Source of the DNA: Bacilli bacterium
GTDB lineage: Bacteria; Bacillota_I; Bacilli_A; RF39; UBA660
Direction of reading: 5' to 3'
DNA: 64,000 nucleotides
Assembly (NCBI GenBank): GCA_017460745.1
Contig: JAFUAL010000029.1
Location: forward strand, 3,063 to 67,062
Position 1 is the first letter of the stretch. Every line of letters starts with the position of its first letter. A model generated the notes under the pieces. It saw only the letters and a program-made list of their open reading frames with translations, made no database searches and was not told the DNA's origin. Shown here one piece after another: positions 10,403 through 20,888 of the stretch. A program made the translations under genes and the position numbers.

Positions 10403-11404
10403 TTATTTTTCTTTGATAATTTCTTTAATTTCATTAATAGGAATATTAGTATATTCATGAATTAATGAAATATCTAATTTTTTATTTAACATATTTAAAA
10501 CCATTTCTTTTTTGTTTTGTTGTATGCCTTCATTTAATCCTGTTTTCAATCCTTCTTTTATTCCTTCTTCTTTTCCTTCTTTAAGTCCTTCACGTCTAGC
10601 TTTCTTTTTTTCATCTCTTATTATGGCTTCATTTAGTTTTTTATTTTCTTCTAAGAAGTCTACATATCTTACCTTTAAAATCTCATTTTCATTCATTCTT
10701 GTAGATACCTCCTCCATTATTTTTTTAACTTTTTTATTCGTTTCTAACTCTGCTATTATCTTATTAAATTTTTTAATTTCTTTTGTATACATAGCTGCAC
10801 CAAGTAATATTAACTCTCTTTCATACATTTTTCTTGGTGCTTTATATGTACCATTATACCATGTGGAATAGCATTCTACAATATTTATATTTAATATTTT
10901 TTGATTTTCAGTTAGTATATGTCCTTCTTCATTTCTAAAATAATACTCATCAAATATTTTCTTATGTATATTATCTACATAAAAAGTATTAAAATTTACA
11001 AGTAAAGTTGGTATTATATCGTCATAACTATCACTTTCTTTTAATCCTTTACTTGCTACTTCAGATAAATAATTTAAGTTACGATTTATTACTGTTTCAT
11101 AAAAGTTCTTTTTAACATTTACTTCTAATATTATTTTTCCTTGTTTCTCTTCTTTTAAGGTTACTAGAATACCCCTTTCCATTTTCTTTTCACCAATTGT
11201 ATCGTTTGGAAGTCTAAGTGGTGATAAAGCAATTTTTCCTTCTATTTCATTATAACCAACTTCTAATATATTAGATATCAAAAATGTTAATGGTTCTAGG
11301 TGTTTTTCATTTCCAAACATTATTTTAAAGCATTCATCAAAACAAAGTGGTACTTTTTCCCCTGGTTTTAGTCGTTCTTTTAATTTTAATGCATGACTCG
11401 TCAT
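10403..11404 (-). CDS. Rpn-family recombination-promoting nuclease / putative transposase (PD-(D/E)XK, YhgA-like)
   Basis: N-terminal nuclease-like region. Characteristic C-terminal tail of KEG/EGI repeats (REGLKEGKEEGIKEGLKTGLNEGIQQNKKEMVLNMLNKKLDISLI) as in the TIGR01784-type family. Confidence 0.65.
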   Translation of the reverse strand: MTSHALKLKERLKPGEKVPLCFDECFKIMFGNEKHLEPLTFLISNILEVGYNEIEGKIALSPLRLPNDTIGEKKMERGILVTLKEEKQGKIILEVNVKKNFYETVINRNLNYLSEVASKGLKESDSYDDIIPTLLVNFNTFYVDNIHKKIFDEYYFRNEEGHILTENQKILNINIVECYSTWYNGTYKAPRKMYERELILLGAAMYTKEIKKFNKIIAELETNKKVKKIMEEVSTRMNENEILKVRYVDFLEENKKLNEAIIRDEKKKARREGLKEGKEEGIKEGLKTGLNEGIQQNKKEMVLNMLNKKLDISLIHEYTNIPINEIKEIIKEK

Positions 11405-11596
11405 ATATTATCATCTCCTTCAATATAATATACGCGAAAAAAGTATGATTCTCTGAACTAGATTTATTTTTTTGATTTCTTTATTTTATATGTACTTTGA
11501 TATGAAAAAGAGGTGAAAAAATTTCACCTGTTAAAAAAATCTTGTTATTTATGACATTTAATTATATAATATGAATATAAAAAAGGAGTGATGAGA

Positions 11597-13315
11597 ATGT
11601 CTTTTATTAAGGAAAAAGAGTTAATACTTCAAGATATATTAAAAGAATTAAATTATGATACAGAAGTTAGAGTATTACCAAGTTCTAAAAAGGAACTTGG
11701 AGATTTTCAAATAAATATAGCAATGAATTTAGCAAAAAAATATCATAAAAATCCGATGGTTATTGCTTCTGAAATTACTAATAAAATGCAAGATTATTTT
11801 GCAAATGTTAATATTGCTGCTCCTGGTTTTATCAATTTTAGTTTTAAGGAAGAGGAACTATTAGATTTTTTTAACAATGGAATAAATGATTTTGAAAAAT
11901 TATACGATAAACATCTTGAAAAAACAATTTTTTTAGATTATGGTGGTGCCAATGCAGCTAAAGCACTTCATGTTGGACATATGAGATCAGCAAACATTGG
12001 TGAAGCTTTAAGAAGACTTTGTAAAAGACTTGGTTATAAAACAATAAGTGATGTACATTTAGGTGATTTGGGTCGTCAAGCCGGAATGCTTATCTCTGAA
12101 ATAAAAAAGAGAGAACCCAACCTTGCTTTTTTTGATGAAAATTATAAAGGAGAATACCCTAAAGTACATTATACCGCAAGCGACCTAGGAGAAATGTATG
12201 TTAAAGCTAATATTGCAGCCAGTGAGTCTGACGAAAGAATGGAAGAAATTAGAAATATTACGGCTTTAATTGATAAGGGTGACGAGAAATTACTTGCTTT
12301 ATGGAAACAACTTGTAGAGATATCTAGTGTGGAAATAAAAAAAGTCTATGATGAATTAAATTGCCATTTTGATTTATGGGAAGGGGAACTTAATAGCTTT
12401 AATGATATACCTAGTATGTTAGAATATATGAAACCATTTCTATACGAATCAAATGGTGCAATGGTTATGGATGTAAAACTTGAAACAGATACAAAAGAAA
12501 TGCCACCTTTAATTGTAATAAAAAAAGATGGAGCAACTATATATGCAACTCGTGATTTAGCTAGTATCTATTCTCGTGTAGAGAGATTTAATCCTGATGA
12601 AATATGGTATGTTGTTGATTCACGTCAATCACTTTATTTTGAACAAGTATTTAGGGCTAGTCAGATTGCAGGATTAGTTAAAGATAATAAACTTTTACAT
12701 TTAGGATTTGGTACAATTAATGGACGTGATGGTAAACCATATAAAACAAGAGATGGTGGAGTGATGTATTTATCAAATCTCATTGATATAATAAAATCGG
12801 AAATAGAACCTAAAATAAAAAATGATATTAAAGATGAAAAAAGAGATGAAATTAAAGAAAAACTTACTATTGCAACTCTTAAATACTCTGATTTAATGTC
12901 AAATAGAACAACTGATTATATATTCGATGAAGTTAAATTTTCATCATTCGATGGTAAGACAGGACCATATATTTTATATACAGATGTTCGTTTAAAATCA
13001 ATTCTAAAAAAAGCAGGAGATAAAGACTTTAAACTAGAAGTAATTAATAACGATGACTTAAAAAATATTTTACTTAAAGTGTTAGAACTTCCTAGTACTC
13101 TAAATCACTCATTTAATGATAAAAGTTTAAACTATATTACAGATTATTTATTTGATATTTCAAGTTTATTTAATAAATTTTATAATACTTATCATATTTT
13201 AACTGAAAGTGATTCTAAAATAAAGAATACATATCTTGCCACTTGTAAATTAATTTTAAACATAATTGAAAACTTGTTAAATATTTTAGCAATTGATACA
13301 GTTGATAGAATGTAA
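11597..13315 (+). CDS. argS: arginine--tRNA ligase
   Basis: Class I HIGH-type motif ALHVGHMRS, anticodon-binding C-terminal domain, terminal ..DRM. AAAGGAG SD favours the ATG at 11597. A TTGTTA-17-TATAAT promoter lies upstream. Confidence 0.9.
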   Translation: MSFIKEKELILQDILKELNYDTEVRVLPSSKKELGDFQINIAMNLAKKYHKNPMVIASEITNKMQDYFANVNIAAPGFINFSFKEEELLDFFNNGINDFEKLYDKHLEKTIFLDYGGANAAKALHVGHMRSANIGEALRRLCKRLGYKTISDVHLGDLGRQAGMLISEIKKREPNLAFFDENYKGEYPKVHYTASDLGEMYVKANIAASESDERMEEIRNITALIDKGDEKLLALWKQLVEISSVEIKKVYDELNCHFDLWEGELNSFNDIPSMLEYMKPFLYESNGAMVMDVKLETDTKEMPPLIVIKKDGATIYATRDLASIYSRVERFNPDEIWYVVDSRQSLYFEQVFRASQIAGLVKDNKLLHLGFGTINGRDGKPYKTRDGGVMYLSNLIDIIKSEIEPKIKNDIKDEKRDEIKEKLTIATLKYSDLMSNRTTDYIFDEVKFSSFDGKTGPYILYTDVRLKSILKKAGDKDFKLEVINNDDLKNILLKVLELPSTLNHSFNDKSLNYITDYLFDISSLFNKFYNTYHILTESDSKIKNTYLATCKLILNIIENLLNILAIDTVDRM

Positions 13316-13363
13316 TTCGATAAATTATGACAAATATATTTTATAAAATACTAATGTGATTTT

Positions 13364-14551
13364 ATGAAAAAGATATTTGTTATTTTTTTAATTATAATTT
13401 TATTTTTTGCTGGTAATGCATATGTTTTAAGTAAAAAGAATAATATAAGAACTATGGATATTAATTATTCTATTAAAGGAGTTTATATTTCTTACATTGA
13501 ATATCTTGATAATTTTCAAAATAATTCTGTTTCTTTAAATAAAGCTTATATATTAAAAATGCTTGATAATATCGAAAATTTGGGTTTTAATTCCATATTT
13601 TTACATGTTTCTCCTTTTAGTGATGCAATTTATAATTCAAGTATTATGCCATCAAGTTATACTATAACAGGAGTAGAAGGTAAAAATTTAGGAATGGATT
13701 ATTTAGATTACTTTATAGAAGAAGCACATAAAAGAAATATTAGAATTCATGCTTGGATCAATCCATATCGTGTAAGTTCCGTTGCTGATACAGAAAAGTT
13801 ATCAAATAATAATCCAGCACTTATTTTTTTAAATGAAAGTGAAAATGCTGTTAAAATAACTAAAACGGGAATCTATTATAATCCAGCAAATCCTAAAGTA
13901 CTTGATTTATTACTTAGACAAGTACATGAACTATTAATAAATTATGATATTGATGGAATCCACCTAGATGATTATTTTTATCCTGATTCGGAAATTGATT
14001 TAGAAGAATATAATAAATATTTCTTGGATAATAATGTAACTTTAAGTGATTATAGATTAAATATAATTAATACTACTATCAAAAGTATTTATAAATTAAT
14101 CAAAGATTATAATTCAAATATTATTTTTAGTATTTCACCAGATGGTAATATTGAAAATAATTATGAAATGTATTATGCCGATGTTAAAACCTGGCTTTCA
14201 AGTGATGGTTATATCGATGTAATAATGCCTCAAGTATATTATGGATTTGATAATAATTTAAAACCATTTGATAAAACAATTGATGAATGGAATAATTTAA
14301 TAACTAATGATGTACACCTTGTACCTGTTCTTGCATTCTATAAAGTTGGTCTTATTGATAACTATGCAGGAAGTGGTAAATATGAATGGATAAATAATAG
14401 TAATATAATTACAAGACAAATAAATTATTCTAAAACTTTATCACATTATAATGGATTTACTTTGTTTAGATATGATTATTTATTTAATAAAAATTTAATA
14501 AATAATAACACTAAAAGTGAAATAGAAAATTTAAAAATAAATTTAAATTAA
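13364..14551 (+). CDS. glycoside-hydrolase-like family 10 protein (GHL10/DUF187, YngK-like), secreted
   Basis: Signal peptide. IHAWINPYR and DGIHLDDYFYP motifs typical of GHL10. Confidence 0.65.
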   Translation: MKKIFVIFLIIILFFAGNAYVLSKKNNIRTMDINYSIKGVYISYIEYLDNFQNNSVSLNKAYILKMLDNIENLGFNSIFLHVSPFSDAIYNSSIMPSSYTITGVEGKNLGMDYLDYFIEEAHKRNIRIHAWINPYRVSSVADTEKLSNNNPALIFLNESENAVKITKTGIYYNPANPKVLDLLLRQVHELLINYDIDGIHLDDYFYPDSEIDLEEYNKYFLDNNVTLSDYRLNIINTTIKSIYKLIKDYNSNIIFSISPDGNIENNYEMYYADVKTWLSSDGYIDVIMPQVYYGFDNNLKPFDKTIDEWNNLITNDVHLVPVLAFYKVGLIDNYAGSGKYEWINNSNIITRQINYSKTLSHYNGFTLFRYDYLFNKNLINNNTKSEIENLKINLN

Positions 14552-15391
14552 ACTAAATAGAAATACTAGAATAGAAATAATCGATAATGTAATATTTAAT
14601 TGTTTAGATTTTAGTTTATTCTTTAAAATATAATATATTTGATAATAAATAAGTAATAATAAAAAATAAAATATAAATAAATTATTCATTGAAAATATAA
14701 TTTCTATTCTATCAATAAAACCTATTAAATTTACTTTTTTAAATATTGCTATATAAGGATATTTAACATAATTTGTTATAATACTTAAAACTGAATTAAT
14801 TAGTAAAATATAAAAAATATTAAAAGAACTTGATATTATTAAATCTTTGTTTTTAAACTTAGTATTTGTTGTACTATAAATTAAAAAATAAGAATATATT
14901 AAATAAAAAATATAAGTTACTGAACTATTAAATAAATTATTATTATTTAAAATAGATAAATTAATATTTTGAATATTTATATATGGAATTAAAATAAATA
15001 ATCCTATAAGTGTTATAAAAAATATAAAATAGCAATTTATAATAATAACTTTTATAATTGTATGATAACCTTTATTACCTAAAATAAAAATTGATAAAAG
15101 TAGAGTAAATGCTATGACTAAACCTGAATAATCTCTTAAGATATTATCACTTATAAAATAAGTTACTTTATTTAAATAAAAAGATAGTAGTGGACAAGAT
15201 ATTATTAATAAAATAATACGAGTTAATTTATATTTATATATATTAATTTTTTCAAATAATTTAATAGTAGGAATAGTTATAATTGATGCAAATATGATAG
15301 AAAAAATATTAATACTATGATAATTTAATAAAAATAAACTGAATATAAGTAAAAAGTAAGTTATTCTATTTTCTAATTTAATTGTTTTCAT
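14543..15391 (-). CDS. polytopic membrane protein in the GerAB (permease) position of a germinant-receptor operon
   Basis: 282 aa with about 8 TM segments. It overlaps the stop of the GerAC-like gene. It is shorter than typical GerAB proteins. Confidence 0.45.
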   Translation of the reverse strand: MKTIKLENRITYFLLIFSLFLLNYHSINIFSIIFASIITIPTIKLFEKINIYKYKLTRIILLIISCPLLSFYLNKVTYFISDNILRDYSGLVIAFTLLLSIFILGNKGYHTIIKVIIINCYFIFFITLIGLFILIPYINIQNINLSILNNNNLFNSSVTYIFYLIYSYFLIYSTTNTKFKNKDLIISSSFNIFYILLINSVLSIITNYVKYPYIAIFKKVNLIGFIDRIEIIFSMNNLFIFYFLLLLIYYQIYYILKNKLKSKQLNITLSIISILVFLFSLI

Positions 15392-16274
15392 AGTAACTCC
15401 TAATTGTATTTCTTATAATTATTTCTTTATTAGTAAATTTCTTTAAATTATTTTTTAAATTATTATTAAATAAAGTAGTTATTTTTTTATTATCTAAATT
15501 ACAATCATTTCTAATTATTTTAAGTTCATTTGTTATTAAAATTTGGTTATTTATGGTGTTTGTATTTGAATCTTGTATTTCTATATATAAGTATTTATTA
15601 TCATCACATTCTATATTGGTTTTAAATGTATCTATATTATTTAATAAATAATTTATATAAATAGTATCTTGATTACTTATAAATTCTATTTTATTGTTGT
15701 ATATTTTTTTTAGACCATTTAACTTAATATTATTTTCTATATATTCTATATTAGATATATATATTGGTTTATTTAAATAATAATTATTTATCACATCAAA
15801 CATAGTGGTATAAACAGAATTACTTGATATCTTATTATTGATATTAATTAATTCATTTATTTCTTTAAATTTAGAGTTTTCAAGTATTGTTTTTATATTA
15901 TTAGTTGAAACAATTAAAGTATCAGATCTTGTTTCATTGTTATTTAAGAAAAAATCTACTAATTCTTTTACTTCAAATGTTTTTATAGAATCATCTACTA
16001 CTAATAAATTTAAATGTGATAGATAAATTTTTTTATTTAAACTATAAGATAAATTATTTATTAAATCTAAAATATTGTCTCCTTCAACAACAATAGTTTT
16101 TTCTTCTATATTAAAATCATCATCTATACTTTTTATAACATTTGCATACATTTTATATTTATCATCTTTTTCAATTCCAATTTCTGAAATTACTCCTAAA
16201 TCATTTAATTCAACATAAGAATTACATCCTGTAAGAATTAAGATAATTGGAATTAATAATAATAATTTTTTCAT
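15378..16274 (-). CDS. Ger(x)C-family spore germination lipoprotein
   Basis: Lipobox LILTGC at the N-terminus. Positioned directly after the GerAA-like gene (start/stop overlap at 16274). Confidence 0.65.
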   Translation of the reverse strand: MKKLLLLIPIILILTGCNSYVELNDLGVISEIGIEKDDKYKMYANVIKSIDDDFNIEEKTIVVEGDNILDLINNLSYSLNKKIYLSHLNLLVVDDSIKTFEVKELVDFFLNNNETRSDTLIVSTNNIKTILENSKFKEINELININNKISSNSVYTTMFDVINNYYLNKPIYISNIEYIENNIKLNGLKKIYNNKIEFISNQDTIYINYLLNNIDTFKTNIECDDNKYLYIEIQDSNTNTINNQILITNELKIIRNDCNLDNKKITTLFNNNLKNNLKKFTNKEIIIRNTIRSYYENN

Positions 16275-17707
16275 TAATAACCTCTTTTCTTATTATTTGA
16301 AAGGATGGGATTTCTTTTTTTTAGATTAGTATTTAGTTTTAAAAAAGCATCTTTTTGTTCTTCAAAATCAATAGGAGAGAAGGGATATAAATAATCTTTA
16401 TCTAAACTTTTGGTACTTGATAGGGTTGTAAGTATTAAAATTATTCCTAAAAATATTCCGTAGAATCCTAAAAAACTAGAAAGAATAATTAAAAGAAAAC
16501 GATAAAATCTAACCGAATTAATTGCATCTATTCCAGAGATTAGCATGCCACTTACAGCACTTAAAGAAGTGACGATGATCATAATAGGTGATACAATCCC
16601 AGCATCAACAGCTGCACTTCCTAAAACTAGTCCTCCAAGTATTGAAATAGAACTTCCCATGCTTGATGGAACTCTTACATCTGTTTCTCTTAATATTTCA
16701 AAAGTAGTCATCATTAAAATAGCTTCAATAAAGGCGGGAAACGGAACATTTTGTCTTTGACTTTGAAATGATAGTAATAAGTTAATAGGCATATTATCGG
16801 GATTATGAGTTGTTAAAGAAATATAGATAGCTGGTAGAAATATTGCTATTAAAAAAGCAATAAGTCTTATAAATCTAATAAAAGTGACATTAAATCTTTT
16901 TTGATAATAATCATCACTCATATGAAAAAAATCAATAAAAAGAGTAGGTAGTATTAAAACTTCAGGACTATTATCAACAAGTATCAACGCTTTACCCTCA
17001 AGTAAACTTGTACATGCTATATCTGGTCTTTCTGTTTCTTTAATTGTTGGAAATAAACTTTTACTTGTATTTAAATATTTTTTTAAATAATTAGAATCTA
17101 TTATTCCATCTATATTAATGCAAGAGAGTTTTTTATCTATTTCTTTGATAATATTTTTTTTAGTAACATTATTAATATATATTAAACCAACTTTTGTTTT
17201 AGTTAAATTACCTAGTTCATATGTTTTAATATGTAAATTTTTAGATTTAATTCTTCTTCTAATAAGTCCTAAATTAGTATTATAATGTTCTATAAATGCA
17301 TCCTTTGGACCTATAATTGTTTTCTCATATTCAATACTGCTTACACCACGGTTTAAATTACTTCTAGTTTCACAGGCAATTATTTTATCTTTTATAAAAA
17401 TAAGTGTAAAACCATTAAAAAGTCTATTTTCAATATCAGTTTTATTTATTAAGGAGGTATTAATAACTGGTATAAAATTTAATAAATAATTAATTAAATT
17501 ATTATCATCAAGGTTTTCAAGTAAAATCATTTTATTTAAAATAAAAGCATTTATATCCATTGAACTTGTAATTGTTTCTATATTTATGACATATAAACTA
17601 TTATTTTTTAATTTTATTTCTTTAATAATTAAATCGTCTATTTTATTTTTTAAATTATATAAGTAATTCATAGTAATAGTATTTTCAATTAAAAAAAAAT
17701 CATGCAT
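16274..17707 (-). CDS. spore germination protein, GerAA/KA family
   Basis: Conserved GerA core (..ERPDIACTSLLEGKALILVDNSPEVLILPTLFIDFF..) and a C-terminal 5-TM region. The start is uncertain: ATG at 17707 overlaps the upstream stop, and 17671 is an alternative. Confidence 0.85.
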   Translation of the reverse strand: MHDFFLIENTITMNYLYNLKNKIDDLIIKEIKLKNNSLYVINIETITSSMDINAFILNKMILLENLDDNNLINYLLNFIPVINTSLINKTDIENRLFNGFTLIFIKDKIIACETRSNLNRGVSSIEYEKTIIGPKDAFIEHYNTNLGLIRRRIKSKNLHIKTYELGNLTKTKVGLIYINNVTKKNIIKEIDKKLSCINIDGIIDSNYLKKYLNTSKSLFPTIKETERPDIACTSLLEGKALILVDNSPEVLILPTLFIDFFHMSDDYYQKRFNVTFIRFIRLIAFLIAIFLPAIYISLTTHNPDNMPINLLLSFQSQRQNVPFPAFIEAILMMTTFEILRETDVRVPSSMGSSISILGGLVLGSAAVDAGIVSPIMIIVTSLSAVSGMLISGIDAINSVRFYRFLLIILSSFLGFYGIFLGIILILTTLSSTKSLDKDYLYPFSPIDFEEQKDAFLKLNTNLKKRNPILSNNKKRGY

Positions 17708-18059
17708 GATGATTTTTATTAATTCCAAGAACAGCACCTAAAGTTGTAGTTATTATAATTATTAAATAATAAATTATTTGAGTGTAATTTAATTTATTTG
17801 TAATTATACTTATAATAAAGAAAATAAGAGAAATTATTGTTCCTAATATTATACCTTTTAAATATCCTTTAGTATTGGATAATTTTCCTATTTTGAATCC
17901 ACCTAAAAAAGTTGAAAAAATAACAATTATTATTTTTAAATATTTCATAGTATTATTACTTATAATATCAAAGTAATAAAAAATTGTAACAATTAACAAT
18001 AGAGTAATTAAAGGAATAAAAAAATAAAGATAGGATTTTAAATAATTAATTAATTTCAT
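17700..18059 (-). CDS. small 4-TM membrane protein
   Basis: 119-aa ORF, almost entirely hydrophobic, translationally overlapped with the gerAA-like gene. Confidence 0.5.
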   Translation of the reverse strand: MKLINYLKSYLYFFIPLITLLLIVTIFYYFDIISNNTMKYLKIIIVIFSTFLGGFKIGKLSNTKGYLKGIILGTIISLIFFIISIITNKLNYTQIIYYLIIIITTTLGAVLGINKNHHA

Positions 18060-18101
18060 ATATCACCTAATAAATAGTATGTATTAAAAGAAAAAAAATG
18101 C

Positions 18102-20039
18102 TTAACGCATTTTTGAATGAGAATTTTTTCTAATAACATCAATTATAAACATATCAATTGCACTGTGTTTATTTAATTCTAATCTATCTTCAACATAAGG
18201 TAAAAATCTTTCTAATGTATACTGTGAAAGTTTAGATAGAGAATGTTGAATATATCTAATATCATTTAAATTAATTAACTCTTTATAGATATCATCAGGT
18301 TCTTTTTCTTCTAAATTTCTAATGAACTCTTGAGCATTATTAATGTAATTTAATTGAGCATCAAGTATTTTCTTTCTTAAATCATTTATATCAATTTCTT
18401 TATGTTGCTCTGGTTCTTCTAGATAAGGAGTAGGATTAATAGTTTGATCACTTTCGGTGTAATTATAATTATAGGTCATAGGTTCATTATTTATTTGAGA
18501 ATCTTGTTGATATGTATCAAAATTACTATTATTTAATTCAGTCTGTTGTTCATAATAATTATCAGTAGTAATATCAGGTGTAAATGTTGTAATTGGTGGT
18601 TCAGGTTGATAATTTTCTAAGTTGTTATTATCTACTTGGTAAGTAACGCTTTCCTCAGTAGGTACTTCAACTGAAGTCTCTTCGTAAGCATTTGGCATAG
18701 TATTTGGTTCAAACGTACTTGATGCACTTTCAGGAACTTGGTAATTTTCTAAATTATTATTATTTTCCCCATTAGGTATTTCTATTTGATTTCCTTCATA
18801 ATTATCAGGAACATTTGACTCAAATGTACTTAAATCAGTCTCAGGAAGTTGATAATTATTTTGACTATCTTCAGGAGAAGTTACATTAGATTCAATAGGG
18901 TATTCAATAGGTGTATCTTCGGATGTAGAGTTAGCTTCAAGTGGAGCCTCTAAAGGTGTATCTTGAACTATATTTGGTTCGAATGTGCTAAGTTGTATTT
19001 CAGGAGTTTGATAATTGTTTAACTCATTTTGAATATTTTCTTGATAATTAACATCTGGTGCTTGTTCTTCAATTGATGTTTCTTCTATTTCTGGTTCAAA
19101 GGTGTTAGGTTGTGTTTCCATAATTTGATTGTTTTGAATATTTTCTTGATATGTATTTGTCTCCATTTGTGATTGCTCTTCATAAATTGGACTAGTTTCA
19201 ATTGGTATTTCATTGCTGTTTAATTCTATCTCAGGTATTTGATAATTTTCTATATTGTTTGCATTATCTATTATATTTACATCATTAGAAATATTGGTTG
19301 GTACTTCTTCATAACTTGTCGTATTCTCAATTTGAACTTCTTTGTTTTCAGTATTATTATCAATACTTTGTTCAATATTGCTTAAATCGGTTATAGGTAC
19401 TTGATAATCTTCTAAAGCGTTTAAAGTTTCTTCTTTATAATTTATATTATTTTCATCTATTATAGTATCAGTAGGTGATTTTAGTATTTCACTATTATCA
19501 TTAACTGTTTCAACATTAGAATTATTATCATTTATTTCTGGGGTACGTGTTTCTAATTTAGAAAAATCAGATGGAAATTCATCTATAACATCAACGATAG
19601 AATTACTTTGTTCATCAAGTGGAATAGATACATCATCTAAACTTATTTCATCATAAAACTCATGATTAATTGTTTCTATCTTTGGTTCTGGAATATTTGC
19701 TTTTATTTTTTCTAAAACATCCGTTTTAACATTTAATGGTTTAGAACTTACTAATAAATTATTACTTGTTTTTAAAACTATTGATTGATAACTATCTTTA
19801 ATTAAATTAATAAAAGATTCATCTAGTAAACTACTATCAACAAGTTTTTTTATAAAATCTTTTATTTCTTTTCTATAACTTAATTCTTGATAGTGACTTT
19901 TAATAAATTCATTTAAACTATCTGTTTTTCCATTTATTAATTCATTAGTTATTGTATTAATTTCAGTAGGATAGTCTTTTCTTAGTGGGTTTAAAATACT
20001 TATTATGTTATCGATTATTTGATTTCTTAAAGTATCCAT
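18102..20039 (-). CDS. acidic, low-complexity repeat protein with helical N- and C-terminal domains
   Basis: 645 aa. The central region has about 7 degenerate repeats of (N/E)NYQ[VLTI]PE..(L/S)STFEPN. Rich in E/D/N/Q/T/P. No TM segment or signal peptide. Confidence 0.7.
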   Translation of the reverse strand: MDTLRNQIIDNIISILNPLRKDYPTEINTITNELINGKTDSLNEFIKSHYQELSYRKEIKDFIKKLVDSSLLDESFINLIKDSYQSIVLKTSNNLLVSSKPLNVKTDVLEKIKANIPEPKIETINHEFYDEISLDDVSIPLDEQSNSIVDVIDEFPSDFSKLETRTPEINDNNSNVETVNDNSEILKSPTDTIIDENNINYKEETLNALEDYQVPITDLSNIEQSIDNNTENKEVQIENTTSYEEVPTNISNDVNIIDNANNIENYQIPEIELNSNEIPIETSPIYEEQSQMETNTYQENIQNNQIMETQPNTFEPEIEETSIEEQAPDVNYQENIQNELNNYQTPEIQLSTFEPNIVQDTPLEAPLEANSTSEDTPIEYPIESNVTSPEDSQNNYQLPETDLSTFESNVPDNYEGNQIEIPNGENNNNLENYQVPESASSTFEPNTMPNAYEETSVEVPTEESVTYQVDNNNLENYQPEPPITTFTPDITTDNYYEQQTELNNSNFDTYQQDSQINNEPMTYNYNYTESDQTINPTPYLEEPEQHKEIDINDLRKKILDAQLNYINNAQEFIRNLEEKEPDDIYKELINLNDIRYIQHSLSKLSQYTLERFLPYVEDRLELNKHSAIDMFIIDVIRKNSHSKMR

Positions 20040-20167
20040 TAAATCACCTCAACTTCATTATTTTTATTAAGACCTTCTATTTTTATATTATTTAAAACAT
20101 CAAGTAAAAGCGTAAGTTCTTTTAAATTAAGATTTTCTAAATTAAAATCATTAAACATATTGTCCAT
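20039..20167 (-). CDS. 42-aa micro-protein translationally coupled to the acidic repeat protein
   Basis: AGAGGGA SD, then ATG at 20167. MDNMFNDFNLENLNLKELTLLLDVLNNIKIEGLNKNNEVEVI. Its TAA shares an A with the downstream ATG (TAATG). Confidence 0.45.
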   Translation of the reverse strand: MDNMFNDFNLENLNLKELTLLLDVLNNIKIEGLNKNNEVEVI

Positions 20168-20237
20168 AAAATCCCTCTATTCTAAATAAGTATATCAAAA
20201 AAAACATAAAATGTAAATTAAATTTATATATTTTAGT

Positions 20238-20888
20238 ATGAAAAAAAGTATAGCAAAATTATTTATTATTTTTATACTAATTGTTATAGTGTCTATTATG
20301 TTAATTGTTTTATTGAATAAAAAAGTAATACCAATATATATGGAATATTCAGAAATAGAAATGAAAAGAGTAGTTACAACAGTTATTAATAAAAGTATTA
20401 ATGAGATAGAATTAAGTGATAATCTATTTATTTTAAAAAATGATGATGATATAAAGATAATTGATTATGATCCTAAAGTATTAAATAGCATATTATCAAA
20501 TATATCAAATAATGTTTATGATAATTTAAAGTTAGTAGAAAAAATGGATAATAATATTTTGAATAGATTTAATATTAGTAAAAGTATATTTTATATACCA
20601 TCTTTTATTATCTTTAATTCTGTAATGTTAAATAATTTAGGTCCAAAGATTCCGATTAAATTAGAACTAATAGAATCAGTGAATTCTAATGTTGAAACCA
20701 AAGTGACAGAATATGGAATAAATAATAGTTTAATAGAAGTAAGTGTTAAAGTAAACACTAGCGTAAAGATGATTTTACCTCTTTCTAGTAAAGATGTTGA
20801 TGTAAGTGTAGTAGTTCCTTTAACTATTAAAATAATTCAAGGAAGCATTCCTGAATATTATTTTGGAGATTTAAAAAGAAGTAGTTAA
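20238..20888 (+). CDS. yunB: sporulation protein YunB-like
   Basis: N-terminal TM anchor. The length and the pattern after the TM (..IPIYMEYSEIEMKRVVTTVINKSI.., ..IIDYDPKVLN.., C-terminal beta-rich region) resemble the YunB family. No obvious SD. Confidence 0.5.
   Translation: MKKSIAKLFIIFILIVIVSIMLIVLLNKKVIPIYMEYSEIEMKRVVTTVINKSINEIELSDNLFILKNDDDIKIIDYDPKVLNSILSNISNNVYDNLKLVEKMDNNILNRFNISKSIFYIPSFIIFNSVMLNNLGPKIPIKLELIESVNSNVETKVTEYGINNSLIEVSVKVNTSVKMILPLSSKDVDVSVVVPLTIKIIQGSIPEYYFGDLKRSS

Noticed and set aside
10512-10871. ORF 10512-10871 (+), a Ser/Phe-rich 119-aa frame
   Set aside because: It is the antisense shadow of the KEG/EGI-repeat region of the Rpn-like gene. Its composition is the complement of a Lys/Glu-rich coding strand.
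11405-11596. T-box riboswitch upstream of argS
   Set aside because: The leader is only ~190 nt. I could not find the conserved T-box sequence (AAUUAGGGUGGUACCGCG-like), a specifier loop, or a terminator/antiterminator pair. The single hairpin present is followed by A-rich sequence rather than a U-run on the plus strand.
15838-16760. ORFs 15838-16026 (+) and 16545-16760 (+)
   Set aside because: They are antisense inside the GerAC-like and GerAA-like genes and have no independent signals.
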